NCBI GenBank assembly: GCA_963813155.1 | Contig: CAWEYG010000002.1 | Span: 672,001-736,000, forward strand | DNA: 64,000 bases | Direction: 5' to 3' | Source of the DNA: an uncultured Acidobacteriota bacterium | Lineage (GTDB): Bacteria > Acidobacteriota > Thermoanaerobaculia > UBA5066 > DATFVB01 | Shown: in pieces, positions 1 to 10,020 of the stretch | How the letters are laid out: every line of letters starts with the position of its first letter | Numbering within the stretch: position 1 is the stretch's first letter | The notes under the pieces: generated by a model | What the model was told of the DNA's origin: nothing | Database searches by the model: none | Seen by the model: only the letters and a program-made list of their open reading frames with translations | Position numbers and translations under genes: made by a program

Positions 1-1
1 C

Positions 2-205
2 GACGTCCTCCTCGTCCGGAGACCCCCCGATCTTTGCCTCGTCGTGGAGGACAACGGCGTCGGCATCGACGACGGGCGGATCGACGACTTTCGCTCGCTC
101 GGCCTCCTCGGAATGCGCGAACGGGCGCGCTTCTTCGGTGGAGACGTCGAGTTCGGCCATTCCGCGCGAGGCGGCACGGTCCTTTCCGCGAGGATTCCGC
201 TTTGA
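2..205 (+). CDS. Sensor histidine kinase, C-terminal HATPase fragment (5' end outside window), NarX/UhpB-like
   Basis: Frame from nt 2 reads ...LVVEDNGVGID...SLGLLGMRERARFFGG...GGTVLSARIPL-stop (TGA 203-205), with DNGxG and GLLGMRER motifs; lies just upstream of a NarL-family regulator. Confidence 0.85.
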   Translation, partial: DVLLVRRPPDLCLVVEDNGVGIDDGRIDDFRSLGLLGMRERARFFGGDVEFGHSARGGTVLSARIPL

Positions 206-246
206 GCTCCGTGACGAAGCGCCGAAGCACGGGCTCCGTTCGCTGG

Positions 247-879
247 ATGCCGCGAATTCTCATTGCCGACGACCACTCCGTCGTCCGCCAGGGGCTGATC
301 CAGATCCTGCGGGACGAGCTTCCGGGGGCCTTCTTCGCCGAGGCGTCGACCGGGAAAGAGACGATCGAAAGGGTGCGCGAGGAGGAGTGGGACATCCTCG
401 TGCTCGACATCTCGTTTCGCGACAAGACCGGGTTCGACGTGCTCCGGGAAGCGCGCGTGATTGCTCCTCGCCTTCCGGTCCTCATCCTGAGCATGTACAC
501 GGAAGAGCAATATGCAGTGCGGAGTCTGCGATCGGGCGCCGCCGGCTACGTCACGAAGGGCACAGCGCCGCGCGAGATCGCCGCGGCCGTGATCCTGGTT
601 CTGGAGGGGAAGCGCTACATCACCCCTGCCGTTGCCGAAAAGCTCGCTGACGACCTTCGGCTCGACTCCCAGAAGCTCCCGCACGAGCGGCTCTCCGACC
701 GCGAGTACGAAGTCTTTCGGAGACTGGCCGTTTCCAAGACCGTGAAGGAGATCGCCGCCGAGCTCTCCCTCTCCGTCCAGACCATCAGCACCTATCGCAC
801 CCGACTGCTCACCAAGATGGGAATGCGGTCCAACTCGCAATTGACCGATTACGCGCTCCGAAACCGGCTCTTCGAGTAG
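247..879 (+). CDS. NarL/LuxR-family DNA-binding response regulator
   Basis: MPRILIADDH...LVLDIS...GYVTK receiver plus LSDREYEV...SVQTISTYRTRLLTK LuxR HTH; ATG at 247 inside the 34..879 ORF. Confidence 0.93.
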   Translation: MPRILIADDHSVVRQGLIQILRDELPGAFFAEASTGKETIERVREEEWDILVLDISFRDKTGFDVLREARVIAPRLPVLILSMYTEEQYAVRSLRSGAAGYVTKGTAPREIAAAVILVLEGKRYITPAVAEKLADDLRLDSQKLPHERLSDREYEVFRRLAVSKTVKEIAAELSLSVQTISTYRTRLLTKMGMRSNSQLTDYALRNRLFE

Positions 880-1045
880 GAGAGGTCCCGCTCTCGCGGG
901 CGTCGTACCGCGTACTACACAAAAATCATACCGTCACCGATATCTTCCTGCGCACGCCGAGGCGTACCTTGACTGTGAGAATCGGTGTCGCCGGACGCGA
1001 ATCGGCAGTCGATCTATCTCACGACAATTAAAGGGGAAACTGGAA

Positions 1046-1144
1046 ATGGCTCTCAAGGTCCTGGGGCCAACCGAGGTGAAACTGATACAGCAGCACAATG
1101 ACTTAACGACTCAGGTTGTCCCCGGATCAAGCTCTCGGCGATAG
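1046..1144 (+). CDS. Putative small protein (32 aa), unknown function
   Basis: AAAGGGGAA Shine-Dalgarno-like sequence at about 1030-1038, ATG 1046, TAG 1142-1144; MALKVLGPTEVKLIQQHNDLTTQVVPGSSSRR. Below the ORF-track cutoff. Confidence 0.35.
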   Translation: MALKVLGPTEVKLIQQHNDLTTQVVPGSSSRR

Positions 1145-1153
1145 GTACTCCGG

Positions 1154-2833
1154 ATGAGTGTCTTCCTGCGCTGGATCGGTCTCGGGGGCGGCCTTCTCAC
1201 CCTGGCGGCGATCGCATTCCTTTCGTCGCAGAGTCTGCGCAGGGTCAGAACGGATACCGCCTGGGTAGACCACACGCATCAGGTCCTCGCCTCGATCGCC
1301 AGTGTCCGGCTGCTCGTCACCGAAGTCGCCAGCAGCCGCCGCGGCTTCGTCACGACGGGCAATCCGATCGAGCGCGAACGCTATCTCGCCGCCCAGCAAC
1401 TGATCGATCGCGAGCTCGCGGCTCTGACGACACTCGTTGGCGACAACCCGGGGGAGCTCGCCAATGCCTGGAAATTTGCTCCGCTCATTTCCCGCTGGCG
1501 CGCCGTGCTCGACTCCTCGATCGCGGCCCAGGATCGGAACGGTTTCGTTTTTCAGGAACAGAACGACTACACCGAGAAGGCTCGCCCCCTGGCCACGGGG
1601 ATCCACGACCTGGCTCGGCGTATGGCACAGGAAGAGGAGCATCTCCTCGCCGTCCGGCAGGCCGAGGCCCGGACAAGCGCGCAACGCACCGGCCGAATCG
1701 TCATCGTCGGAAATCTTCTTGGCTTTGTCCTCCTGCTCCTCGCGACTTTCATTTCCGTCAACGAGCTGGGAGCCCGGCGAAACGCCGAGGCGCGATTCCG
1801 CGGATTGCTCGAGTCGGCGCCCGACGCGATGGTGATCGCCGACGAAGCCGGCAAGATCGTCCTCGTCAATGCCCAGACCGAGCGGCTCTTCGGATATTCG
1901 CGCGACGAGCTCCTCGGCCGCAACGTCGACGTCCTGGTCCCCCCCCGCTTTCGTGAAAAACATCCCGAGCATCGAGCCGCTTACGTCGCCCAACCGCGGT
2001 CCCGGCCGATGGGCGCCGGCACGGAGCTCTTCGGCCAGCGAAAGGACGGAACGGAATTCCCCGTCGAAGTCAGCCTGAGCCCCCTGCGGACCAAGAAGGG
2101 CGTTGTCGTCTCGAGCGCGATTCGGGACATTACCGAGCGCAAGCGCCGCGCCCTTCAGCTGGAGTTGGCCAACATGGAGCTGGAGGCGTTCTCGTACTCC
2201 GTTTCCCACGACCTGCGCGCGCCGCTTCGAGCGATCGACGGCTTCAGCCAGGCTCTCCTCGAGGAATCGGGGGACCGGCTCGACGAAAGCGGAAAGCGTT
2301 ATCTCGGTAGGGTTCGAGCTGGCGCCCAGAGGATGGCGGAGCTCATCGATGACCTGCTGTCCCTCTCGAAGGTGTCGCAGAAGAACCTCGATCGCTCGCC
2401 TGTCGATCTCAGCGAGATCGCCGCCGAAGTCTTCGCCGCTCTCGCCCGGGCCGAGCCGGATCGGAAAGTCGCGTTCCAGGTCGCTCGCCAGATCAACGCG
2501 GACGCCGACGAGGGCCTCCTTCGGATCGTCCTGCAGAACCTCATCGGCAACGCCTGGAAGTTCACATCGAAGCGAGCGGACGCGGAGATCGAGTTCGGCG
2601 TCCGGGAGGCCGGCGGCGAGCGTCAATACTTCGTTCGAGACAACGGCGCGGGATTCGACCAGGCCTATGCGGGAAAGCTCTTCGGCGCTTTCCAGCGGCT
2701 GCACGCCGCCGGCGAGTTCCCCGGCACAGGAATCGGTCTGGCCACGGTCGCGCGCATCGTTCATCGGCACGGCGGGAAAGTCGGGGCGGAAGGTCGCGTC
2801 GGCGAAGGCGCGACGTTCTGGTTCACTCTTTGA
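1154..2833 (+). CDS. CHASE3-PAS sensor histidine kinase
   Basis: Two TM segments flanking a CHASE3-like region (WVDHTHQV...RRGFVTTG), PAS (ESAPDAMVI...RKDGTEFPVEVSLS), H-box FSYSVSHDLRAPL, NLIGNAWKF, DNGAGF, GTGIGLA. Confidence 0.93.
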   Translation: MSVFLRWIGLGGGLLTLAAIAFLSSQSLRRVRTDTAWVDHTHQVLASIASVRLLVTEVASSRRGFVTTGNPIERERYLAAQQLIDRELAALTTLVGDNPGELANAWKFAPLISRWRAVLDSSIAAQDRNGFVFQEQNDYTEKARPLATGIHDLARRMAQEEEHLLAVRQAEARTSAQRTGRIVIVGNLLGFVLLLLATFISVNELGARRNAEARFRGLLESAPDAMVIADEAGKIVLVNAQTERLFGYSRDELLGRNVDVLVPPRFREKHPEHRAAYVAQPRSRPMGAGTELFGQRKDGTEFPVEVSLSPLRTKKGVVVSSAIRDITERKRRALQLELANMELEAFSYSVSHDLRAPLRAIDGFSQALLEESGDRLDESGKRYLGRVRAGAQRMAELIDDLLSLSKVSQKNLDRSPVDLSEIAAEVFAALARAEPDRKVAFQVARQINADADEGLLRIVLQNLIGNAWKFTSKRADAEIEFGVREAGGERQYFVRDNGAGFDQAYAGKLFGAFQRLHAAGEFPGTGIGLATVARIVHRHGGKVGAEGRVGEGATFWFTL

Positions 2834-2836
2834 AAG

Positions 2837-3292
2837 ATGAAGGAGAACGAGATGGACGAAAAGGTGATTCTTCTCGTGGAAGACAACCCGGACGACGAGG
2901 AGTTGACGCGACGCGCCCTGGAGCGCAACAACATCCGAAACGAGGTCGTCATCGCGAGGGACGGCGCCGAAGCGCTCGATCTTCTCTTCGCGACCGGTCC
3001 GCAATCCGCCAAGCCCCCGGTCGTCCCCACGGTCGTGCTGCTCGACTTGAAACTGCCGAAGATCGACGGGCTGGAAGTGCTCAAGAGGATTCGCGCGGAC
3101 GACCGGACCCGTCTCATTCCCGTCGTCATTCTCACGTCTTCGAAACAGGAGCAGGACCTGATCGAAGGTTACGCGAGCGGCGCAAACAGTTACGTGCGAA
3201 AGCCGGTCGATTTCGCCAAATTCGTCGAAGCGGTCAAGCAACTCGGCCTGTACTGGCTGGTCATCAATGAGCACCCTCCCGGGAAGTCCTGA
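2837..3292 (+). CDS. Single-domain response regulator (Rcp1-like)
   Basis: ILLVEDNPDD...VLLDLKLPKIDG...LTSS...GANSYVRKP...LGLYWL; the typical partner of Cph1-type kinases. Confidence 0.93.
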   Translation: MKENEMDEKVILLVEDNPDDEELTRRALERNNIRNEVVIARDGAEALDLLFATGPQSAKPPVVPTVVLLDLKLPKIDGLEVLKRIRADDRTRLIPVVILTSSKQEQDLIEGYASGANSYVRKPVDFAKFVEAVKQLGLYWLVINEHPPGKS

Positions 3293-4763
3293 CTCCGGCT
3301 CGCGGCTGCGGGTGCTGATCCTCGAGGACAACCCCGACGACGCGGAGCTCGTTTTGCGCGAACTTCGCCGCGGAGGGTTCGAGCCCGAATGGGAGCGGGT
3401 CGAGACCGCAGAAGACTTCTCCGCCGCGCTCACGCACGAGTGGGACGTCATCCTGACCGACTTCTCGATGCCGCATTTCAATGCGTTCGGCGCTCTCGAG
3501 ATTCTCGAGGGCCGGCAAAACGCCCCTCCCTGCATCGTCGTCTCGGGCACGATCGGCGAAGACACGGCCGTCGCCGCGATCAAGGCGGGCGCCGCCGACT
3601 ACATCATGAAGGACCGGCTCGCCCGGCTCGCCGGAACGATTCGCCGCGAACTGAGAGACCAGGCGATCCGGCGCCTTCACGAAGCGGAACAGCGAAAAGC
3701 TCAGGAGGCAATTCGGAAGCTTCTCACCGCCATCGAGCAAACGGTCGACAGCATCGTCATGACCGATCCCGAAGGGCGAATCCAGTACGTCAACCCCGGC
3801 TTCCAGAAACTCTACGGGTACTCGAAGGAAGAGGTAATCGGCAAGACGCCACGGATCTTGAAGAGCGATCGCCACGACGAGGCGTACTACAGGACCTTCT
3901 GGAGCTCCCTGGTCTCGGGCGAAGGGTTTCGGGGCGAGATCGTGAACAAGACCCAGGACGGCCGGCTCCTCACGGTCGAGCTCTCGGCCAAGGCGATTTT
4001 CGACGAATCGGGAAAGCGCACGGGTTTCATCGCGGTCCACCACGACATCTCGCAGAAGAAACGGGCGGAGGACGAGCTGAGGGAGTCGCAGGAACAACTT
4101 CGCGCGCTTTCGGCGCACCTCCAGACCGTTCGCGAAGACGAGCGCACGGGCATCGCCCGCGAGCTGCACGACGAGCTCGGCCAGGCCCTGACGGCGCTGA
4201 AGATGGATCTCGCGTCGATCCGCGGCATGCTGGCCGGCGTTCCAGACGCGCGGAAGGCCGCGATCCAGAAAATCGAAGCCGCCTCGCAAGTCGCCGATGG
4301 AATGATCCACACCGTGCGCCGGATTTCCTCGGAGCTTCGCCCCGGAATGCTCGACGACCTGGGCCTTCTTCCTTCGATCGAATGGCTCGCGCAGGACTTC
4401 TCCCAGCGCAACGGCATACCGATTCGAATCGCGTCGGAAATCGGTTCCGTCGACCTCGACCGGGCGCAATCGACGGCAATCTTTCGGATCCTTCAGGAAA
4501 CGCTGACGAACGTCGCCCGTCACGCAAAAGCGACGGAAGTCGGCGGCCGGATCCGCGTCTCGGACGCGGGACTCGAGCTCGAAATCCGCGACAACGGCCA
4601 GGGCTTCTCTTCTTCGCGGCTGCACGAAGCGTCGTCGCTCGGTCTCATCGGGATGCGAGAGCGGGCCGGGTCGGTCGGGGGATCGATCGAATTCGTTTCG
4701 ACGCCGGGAGACGGAACGACGGTCCGATTGCTCGTGCCGCTCCGAAGAAAAGGCGGCCGATGA
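3267..4763 (+). CDS. REC-PAS-HisKA_3 hybrid sensor histidine kinase
   Basis: N-terminal receiver (ILEDNPDD, LTDFSMP), PAS, H-box IARELHDELGQ, FRILQETLTNVARHA, DNGQG, GLIGMRER. Confidence 0.92.
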   Translation: MSTLPGSPDSGSRLRVLILEDNPDDAELVLRELRRGGFEPEWERVETAEDFSAALTHEWDVILTDFSMPHFNAFGALEILEGRQNAPPCIVVSGTIGEDTAVAAIKAGAADYIMKDRLARLAGTIRRELRDQAIRRLHEAEQRKAQEAIRKLLTAIEQTVDSIVMTDPEGRIQYVNPGFQKLYGYSKEEVIGKTPRILKSDRHDEAYYRTFWSSLVSGEGFRGEIVNKTQDGRLLTVELSAKAIFDESGKRTGFIAVHHDISQKKRAEDELRESQEQLRALSAHLQTVREDERTGIARELHDELGQALTALKMDLASIRGMLAGVPDARKAAIQKIEAASQVADGMIHTVRRISSELRPGMLDDLGLLPSIEWLAQDFSQRNGIPIRIASEIGSVDLDRAQSTAIFRILQETLTNVARHAKATEVGGRIRVSDAGLELEIRDNGQGFSSSRLHEASSLGLIGMRERAGSVGGSIEFVSTPGDGTTVRLLVPLRRKGGR

Positions 4764-5116
4764 GGGTCTTCGTCGCGGACGACTCCGCGCCGGTTCGGGA
4801 GAGAATCGTCTCGATGCTCGAAGGAATCCCGGGAGTCCAGGTCGTGGGCCACGCGGAGGACTCGATCGCCGCGCGTCTCCTGATCACCGCTCTTCAGCCC
4901 GACGTCGTGATCCTCGACATCAACATGCCGGGCGGAAGCGGCATCGAGGTCCTCCACGAGATCAAGCATCAGACGCCCTCGCCGACCGTCATCATGCTCA
5001 CGAACTACTCGCAGCCGCAGTACCGCGCGCGCTGCCTCGAAGAGGGAGCCGACTTCTTTTTCGACAAGTCGTCCGAGTTCGAGAAGATCCGCGGTGTCCT
5101 GGAGTCGCCGAAATGA
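4760..5116 (+). CDS. Single-domain response regulator (NarL-like receiver)
   Basis: ATGA overlap with upstream stop; MRVFVADDS...ILDINMPGGSG...MLTNY...FFFDK (C-terminal part of ORF 3389..5116). Confidence 0.9.
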   Translation: MRVFVADDSAPVRERIVSMLEGIPGVQVVGHAEDSIAARLLITALQPDVVILDINMPGGSGIEVLHEIKHQTPSPTVIMLTNYSQPQYRARCLEEGADFFFDKSSEFEKIRGVLESPK

Positions 5117-8100
5117 AGCCTCGGCCGGGCGGCAGGGACCGGCCGACTCCCGGCCTTTCGAAGGGCGCGCTGAAGGTCCGGAAACCGAAGGTCACGGACC
5201 TCTTCGAGAGCGAGGCGGTTTTCCTCTGCACGCACGACCTCGAGGGCCGTCTCCTGACCATCAACGAGGCCTGCAGCCGGGCCCTGGGATACGCGGAAAG
5301 CGACCTCGTCGGCCGCAGCATCGGAGAGATCCTGGCTCCCGAATACCGCGAAGAGTTCGGCGGCTACCTCGCCCGGATCCGCGGATCCGGGGCGGCGACG
5401 GGCGTGATGACGGTCGTGACGCGGGCGGGCGAGAAGCGCTACTGGCACTACCAGAATGTCCTTCGGTCGGAAGGAGCCCGAGAGATCGCGCACGCGACCG
5501 CCATCGACGTGACCGAGCTGATCCACGCTGAACGCTCGGCCCTTCATGTCCTCGACCAGCGCACCGCGTATCTTCGCGCAATTCTCGAACACAGCCCGTT
5601 GGCAATTCTCGCCCACGACGCCGACCGGCGAGTCCAGCTCGCCAACCCCGCTTTCGAAAAACTGTTCCAGTACGAGGAGGGCGAGCTCCTGGGGCGCGAC
5701 ATCGACGACGTCATCGCACCGGCCGGGGCAATCGACGAGCTCCGCGCGAATTCGAACCTGCTCATCTCGGGATCCCTTCTCCGGGAGGCGGGAAAACGCC
5801 GCCGAAAGGACGGCACCCTCGTCGACGTGGAGATCCTCGGCGTTCCCCTCTTCGACGGCGGCGTCCTGACGGGAGCCTGCGCGATCTACCGGGACATTTC
5901 CGAGCAGAAGCGGGCCGACGAAGCGCTGCGCGCGGCCGAAGAGCGCTACCGGCTGCTGTTCGAGCGGAACCTGGCCGGAATCTACCGCTCGATGCCGGAC
6001 GGAACGCTGCTCGACTGCAACGAGGCGTTCGCAAACATTCTCGGTTTCCCGTCGCGCGAGGAAATCCTCGCGCGAAATGCGCGATCCCTGTACTTCTACG
6101 AAAGCGATCGGGACACGTTTCTCGACGAGGTCGCGTCCGCGGGCGAGATCTCGGGCCGGGAGATCTGCCTGCGGCGGCGCGACGGAACGGCCGTCTGGGT
6201 ATTCGACAACATCACCTTCATCCCCGCCTCCGGCGAAAGCCCCGCGATCTTCGAAGGCTCGATCATCGACATCAGCGATCGCCGAAATGCCGAGGAGGCC
6301 GTGCGCGTTTCCGAGGAACGCTACCGGTTCCTCTTCGATCGCAACCCGCTGCCGATGTGGGTCTACGAGATCGAATCGCTCCGGTTCCTCGACGTCAACG
6401 AAGCCGCAGTCGCGCACTACGGATATTCGCGCGCGGAACTTCTCTCCATGCGGATCTCCGACCTGTGGCCACCGGAAGACCGGGATCTGCATCCGGTCGC
6501 GAAGGTCGCCACGAATCCGCAGCCCTTCAGCGCATCGCGGCACGTGCGAAAGAATGGCGAGGTCGCGGATGTCGAGGTCTCCGCCGTCGACCTGCCGGGC
6601 GGACAGGTTCGGCGGCGCATGGCGCTCGCACGCGACGTGACGGAACAAAAGGCAGCGGAACGGGCGCTCGTGGAATCGGAAAGGAAATACCGTCACATCT
6701 TCGACTTCGCGCCGGTCGGCATTTATCAGACGACGGCCGACGGAAGAGTGCTCACCGTCAATCCGGCGTTCGCGCAGATGCTGGGCTACACCGCAGACGA
6801 GCTCGTCCGCGATCTTTCGGCCTACGACCTCTATCTTCATCCCGAAGAGCGAGACGCGGCGATTCGCGACTTCAACGAATCTTTCAAGCCGGGAATGACG
6901 ATCGAGCGGGCGCTCAAGGGCAAAACCGGTGATCCGGTCTGGGTCCGGATCACGGCCCAGGCCATTCGAGACGAGGAAAACAGGGTCGAATACCTCGAGG
7001 GTTTCACGTTCGACGTCACGGAAACGAAAAGGGTGAACGAGCAGCAGGCGCGCCTGCAGGAAGCCGTCCTCGAGACGGCGCGGCAGTGGCGGGACACCTT
7101 CGATGCGATCGACACGCCGATCTTCGTCGTCGACGGGGACGCTCTCGTCAAACGGCTCAACCGGGCGGCCATCGAGCTCTCGGGCCAGACGTACGTGGAC
7201 ATCCTCGGACGCCCGCTCGACGCCCTGGCGGACGGACCGCTCTGGAAGACGGCCGCGGGGCTCGTCCGGCATCCCGAATCGGAGCGCTCGCGCTCGGGCA
7301 TCGTCTGCCACGACGAAGAGGCCCGGAAGGTCTGGGAGATTTCCGTCAGCGGCTACCAGGCGCCGGATTCGAAGGAGGCCCCGATGTCGATCGTGATCCT
7401 GCGGGATGTCACCGCGACCGTAAAGCTGCAGGAATCGGTCCTTCGCGCGGAGTCGATGTCGTCCATGGGCTCGCTCGTGGCGGGCGTCGCCCACGAGGTG
7501 CGCAATCCCCTGTTCGCGATCTCCGCGACGCTCGACGCGTTCGACGCGCGTTTCCGCGAGCGCGACGACTACAAAAAATACGCCCAGGCTCTTCGCACGC
7601 AGCTCGATCGCATGAGCCACCTCATGCGGGACCTCCTCGACTACGGGAGGCCCGCGATCCTGGAGTTCCGCGAAGTGGCGCCCACCGAGCTCGTTCACGA
7701 TGCCGTCCGCGGCTGCTCCGACCTCGCGTCCCGCACGGGCGTCCCCGTCGAGGTCGAGGTGCCGGAAAGTCTGCCCGTTCTCCGAGTGGACCGCGGGCGG
7801 ACAGTACAGGTGTTCATCAACCTCGTCGAAAACGCGATCCAGCATTCGCCCGGCAAGCTTCCCGTCCGGGTCCGGGCCGAGCAGATCGCGCGCGACGGCA
7901 CGCCGGGCGTTCGATTTACCGTCGAAGACCGCGGGCCCGGGTTTCAGGCCGCGGACATCCCGAAGCTCTTCGACCCGTTTTTCACGAAACGCCAGGGAGG
8001 AACGGGACTCGGCCTCGCGATCGTTCGCCGGATCGTCGAAGAGCATGGAGGTACGATTAGTCCCGCGAACCGGCCGGACGGCGGCGCGAGCATCTCGGTC

Positions 8101-8151
8101 TGGATCCCCTGCGAGCCGCCGGCAGCGGCCGAAAGCGAGAGGAAGACATGA
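5113..8151 (+). CDS. Cytoplasmic multi-PAS sensor histidine kinase (NtrB-like)
   Basis: About six PAS/PAC-like repeats (NEA/NPA motifs, RxDG), H-box AGVAHEVRNPL, NLVENAIQH, DRGPG, GTGLGL; no TM segment seen. Confidence 0.92.
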   Translation: MKPRPGGRDRPTPGLSKGALKVRKPKVTDLFESEAVFLCTHDLEGRLLTINEACSRALGYAESDLVGRSIGEILAPEYREEFGGYLARIRGSGAATGVMTVVTRAGEKRYWHYQNVLRSEGAREIAHATAIDVTELIHAERSALHVLDQRTAYLRAILEHSPLAILAHDADRRVQLANPAFEKLFQYEEGELLGRDIDDVIAPAGAIDELRANSNLLISGSLLREAGKRRRKDGTLVDVEILGVPLFDGGVLTGACAIYRDISEQKRADEALRAAEERYRLLFERNLAGIYRSMPDGTLLDCNEAFANILGFPSREEILARNARSLYFYESDRDTFLDEVASAGEISGREICLRRRDGTAVWVFDNITFIPASGESPAIFEGSIIDISDRRNAEEAVRVSEERYRFLFDRNPLPMWVYEIESLRFLDVNEAAVAHYGYSRAELLSMRISDLWPPEDRDLHPVAKVATNPQPFSASRHVRKNGEVADVEVSAVDLPGGQVRRRMALARDVTEQKAAERALVESERKYRHIFDFAPVGIYQTTADGRVLTVNPAFAQMLGYTADELVRDLSAYDLYLHPEERDAAIRDFNESFKPGMTIERALKGKTGDPVWVRITAQAIRDEENRVEYLEGFTFDVTETKRVNEQQARLQEAVLETARQWRDTFDAIDTPIFVVDGDALVKRLNRAAIELSGQTYVDILGRPLDALADGPLWKTAAGLVRHPESERSRSGIVCHDEEARKVWEISVSGYQAPDSKEAPMSIVILRDVTATVKLQESVLRAESMSSMGSLVAGVAHEVRNPLFAISATLDAFDARFRERDDYKKYAQALRTQLDRMSHLMRDLLDYGRPAILEFREVAPTELVHDAVRGCSDLASRTGVPVEVEVPESLPVLRVDRGRTVQVFINLVENAIQHSPGKLPVRVRAEQIARDGTPGVRFTVEDRGPGFQAADIPKLFDPFFTKRQGGTGLGLAIVRRIVEEHGGTISPANRPDGGASISVWIPCEPPAAAESERKT

Positions 8152-9500
8152 ACGAAACCCATCGCGTGCTGATCGTCGACGACGAGGACGGAATCCGATT
8201 CGCGCTCCGGGACTTTCTCGAATCGAGCGGCTTCGCCGTGGAAGAGGCCGCCAGCTGCGCCGAAGCCGAGAAAGTCTTCCGCACGAGCCGCCCCGATGCC
8301 GCCCTTCTCGATTTCCGGCTGCCCGACGGCAACGCGCTGGACCTGATCCCGAAGCTCAAAGCGCAGGACTCGACCGTTCCGGTGATCGTGCTCACGGCCC
8401 ACGCGTCGATCGACCTCGCCGTGCGCGCGATTCAGCAGGGGGCCGAACAGTTCCTCACGAAGCCGGTCGAGCTGCCCGCTCTTCTCGTCATCCTGCAGCG
8501 GGCGCTGGAAAACCAGCGGATCCGCCGCAAGGACGCCGCGAAGGCGCGGGGCGAGCGCTCGGCGGACGATCCTTTTCTCGGCGAGAGCGCGCCGATCCGG
8601 GCGCTCGCGGACCAGGCGCGCCGCAGTCTCGCGTCCGAGAGCCCCGTCCTGATCCAGGGCGAAACCGGCTCGGGAAAGGGAGTGCTCGCGCGCTGGATGC
8701 ACCGGAACGGCCCGCGGCCCGACGAGGCGTTCGTCGACTTGAACTGCGCGGGCCTGTCCCGGGAGTTCCTGGAGTCCGAGCTCTTCGGCCACGAAAAGGG
8801 AGCGTTCACGGGCGCGATCTCGAGCAAGCCCGGTCTTTTCGAGGTCGCCCACCGGGGCACGATGTTTCTCGACGAGATCGGCGACGTGGACCTCCAGGTT
8901 CAACCGAAGCTCCTGAAAGTGCTCGAGGAAAAATCCTTCCGCCGCCTGGGAGAAGTTCGCGACCGGCATGTCGACGTTCGGCTGATCGCGGCGACGCATC
9001 ACGACCTGAGCGCGCTGATTCGCGAAAAGACGTTTCGCAGCGACCTTTACTTTCGGATCAGCACGATCCCGCTCACCGTCCCGCCGCTGCGGGAGCGCGT
9101 GGAGGACATCCCGGTTCTCGCCCGCCACTTTCTCTCCGCCCTCCCCGGGGCTGCCGAGCGCGGCGGCGTCACCCTCTCGACCGAGGCGGAGAAGATTTTT
9201 TGCCGCTATCCGTGGCCCGGGAACCTGCGGGAGCTTCGAAACGTCATCGAGCGGGCCCTCCTCTTCGTCGAGGGAAATTCGCTCACCGCCCGGGACCTGC
9301 GGTTCGACGCCTCGCCGCAAGCCTCTTCCAGCGACGGGGACCTCCAGCTGAGCCTCCAGGAGGTCGAGGTCCGGCACATTCGGCGGGTGCTCGAAGACGA
9401 GAAGGGCCACGTCGAAAAGGCCGCCGCGCGCCTCGGAGTCCCGAAGAGCTCCCTCTACGAGAAGATCCGCCGGCACGGAATCGTGGTCTCCAAGGTCTAG
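8148..9500 (+). CDS. Sigma-54-dependent NtrC-family response regulator (bacterial enhancer-binding protein)
   Basis: REC, Walker A GETGSGK, ESELFGHEKGAFTGA, FLDEIG, WPGNLREL, Fis-type HTH (AAARLGVPKSSLYEK). Confidence 0.95.
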   Translation: MNETHRVLIVDDEDGIRFALRDFLESSGFAVEEAASCAEAEKVFRTSRPDAALLDFRLPDGNALDLIPKLKAQDSTVPVIVLTAHASIDLAVRAIQQGAEQFLTKPVELPALLVILQRALENQRIRRKDAAKARGERSADDPFLGESAPIRALADQARRSLASESPVLIQGETGSGKGVLARWMHRNGPRPDEAFVDLNCAGLSREFLESELFGHEKGAFTGAISSKPGLFEVAHRGTMFLDEIGDVDLQVQPKLLKVLEEKSFRRLGEVRDRHVDVRLIAATHHDLSALIREKTFRSDLYFRISTIPLTVPPLRERVEDIPVLARHFLSALPGAAERGGVTLSTEAEKIFCRYPWPGNLRELRNVIERALLFVEGNSLTARDLRFDASPQASSSDGDLQLSLQEVEVRHIRRVLEDEKGHVEKAAARLGVPKSSLYEKIRRHGIVVSKV

Positions 9501-9530
9501 AAAGCGTTTCTCTCACCGGGACGGCGGATG

Positions 9531-9545
9531 CCCTCCGATGGAGGG
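9531..9545. repeat. Short inverted repeat (hairpin) after the NtrC-family gene
   Basis: CCCTCC-GAT-GGAGGG; no clear U-tract. Confidence 0.35.
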
Positions 9546-9606
9546 TGATATTACTCCAACTCATTCATAATTAAAAGACTTAAATTCGAATTCGTCCCAT
9601 CGAAAG

Positions 9607-9622
9607 CGGCCCCTTCGTTGCA
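9607..9622 (+). promoter_or_regulatory. Putative sigma-54 (-24/-12) promoter
   Basis: CGGCCCCTTCGTTGCA: GG(9608-9609)-N10-GC(9620-9621) with TTGC; AT-rich tract upstream; the ATG at 9636 is 15 nt after the -12 C. Confidence 0.6.
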
Positions 9623-9635
9623 ATTTCCGTCCGGC

Positions 9636-10019
9636 ATGAGCGAACCAAAGACGATTCTCATTGTGGACGACGAGGAATTCATCCGCTTCGCCCTGAGCGA
9701 GTACTTCTCGGTCCTCGGTTACCAGGTCGACGTGGCGGGCGAGTGGGAAGAAGCCGAGGCCCTTCTGGCCTCGCGCCGCTACCAGCTCGTGATCAGCGAT
9801 CTGCGGCTGACGGGGTTCGGCGGGACCGAGGGGCTCGAGATCGTCCGCTCGATCCATCAGAGGTGGCCGGGCACGCGCGTGATGCTCCTCACCGGATACG
9901 GCAGCGGCGAAGTGAAAGCGGAAGCCGTCCGAAGAGGCGTCGACGCGTTCCTCGAAAAGCCGATGCCCCTCCCCGAGATCGCGCGAATTGCCGATTGCAT
10001 GCTGGCGCGGACCGCCTGA
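9636..10019 (+). CDS. Single-domain response regulator (paralog of 46887-47237)
   Basis: MSEPKTILIVDDEE...LVISDLRL...LLTGY...FLEKP; phospho-acceptor Asp present. Confidence 0.9.
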   Translation: MSEPKTILIVDDEEFIRFALSEYFSVLGYQVDVAGEWEEAEALLASRRYQLVISDLRLTGFGGTEGLEIVRSIHQRWPGTRVMLLTGYGSGEVKAEAVRRGVDAFLEKPMPLPEIARIADCMLARTA

Positions 10020-10020
10020 G

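Noticed and set aside
1127-9476. Long minus-strand ORFs (1127..3583, 3264..4625, 5005..8046, 7944..9476)
   Set aside because: Antisense shadows of well-supported plus-strand signalling genes; expected in high-GC DNA and without recognisable motifs.
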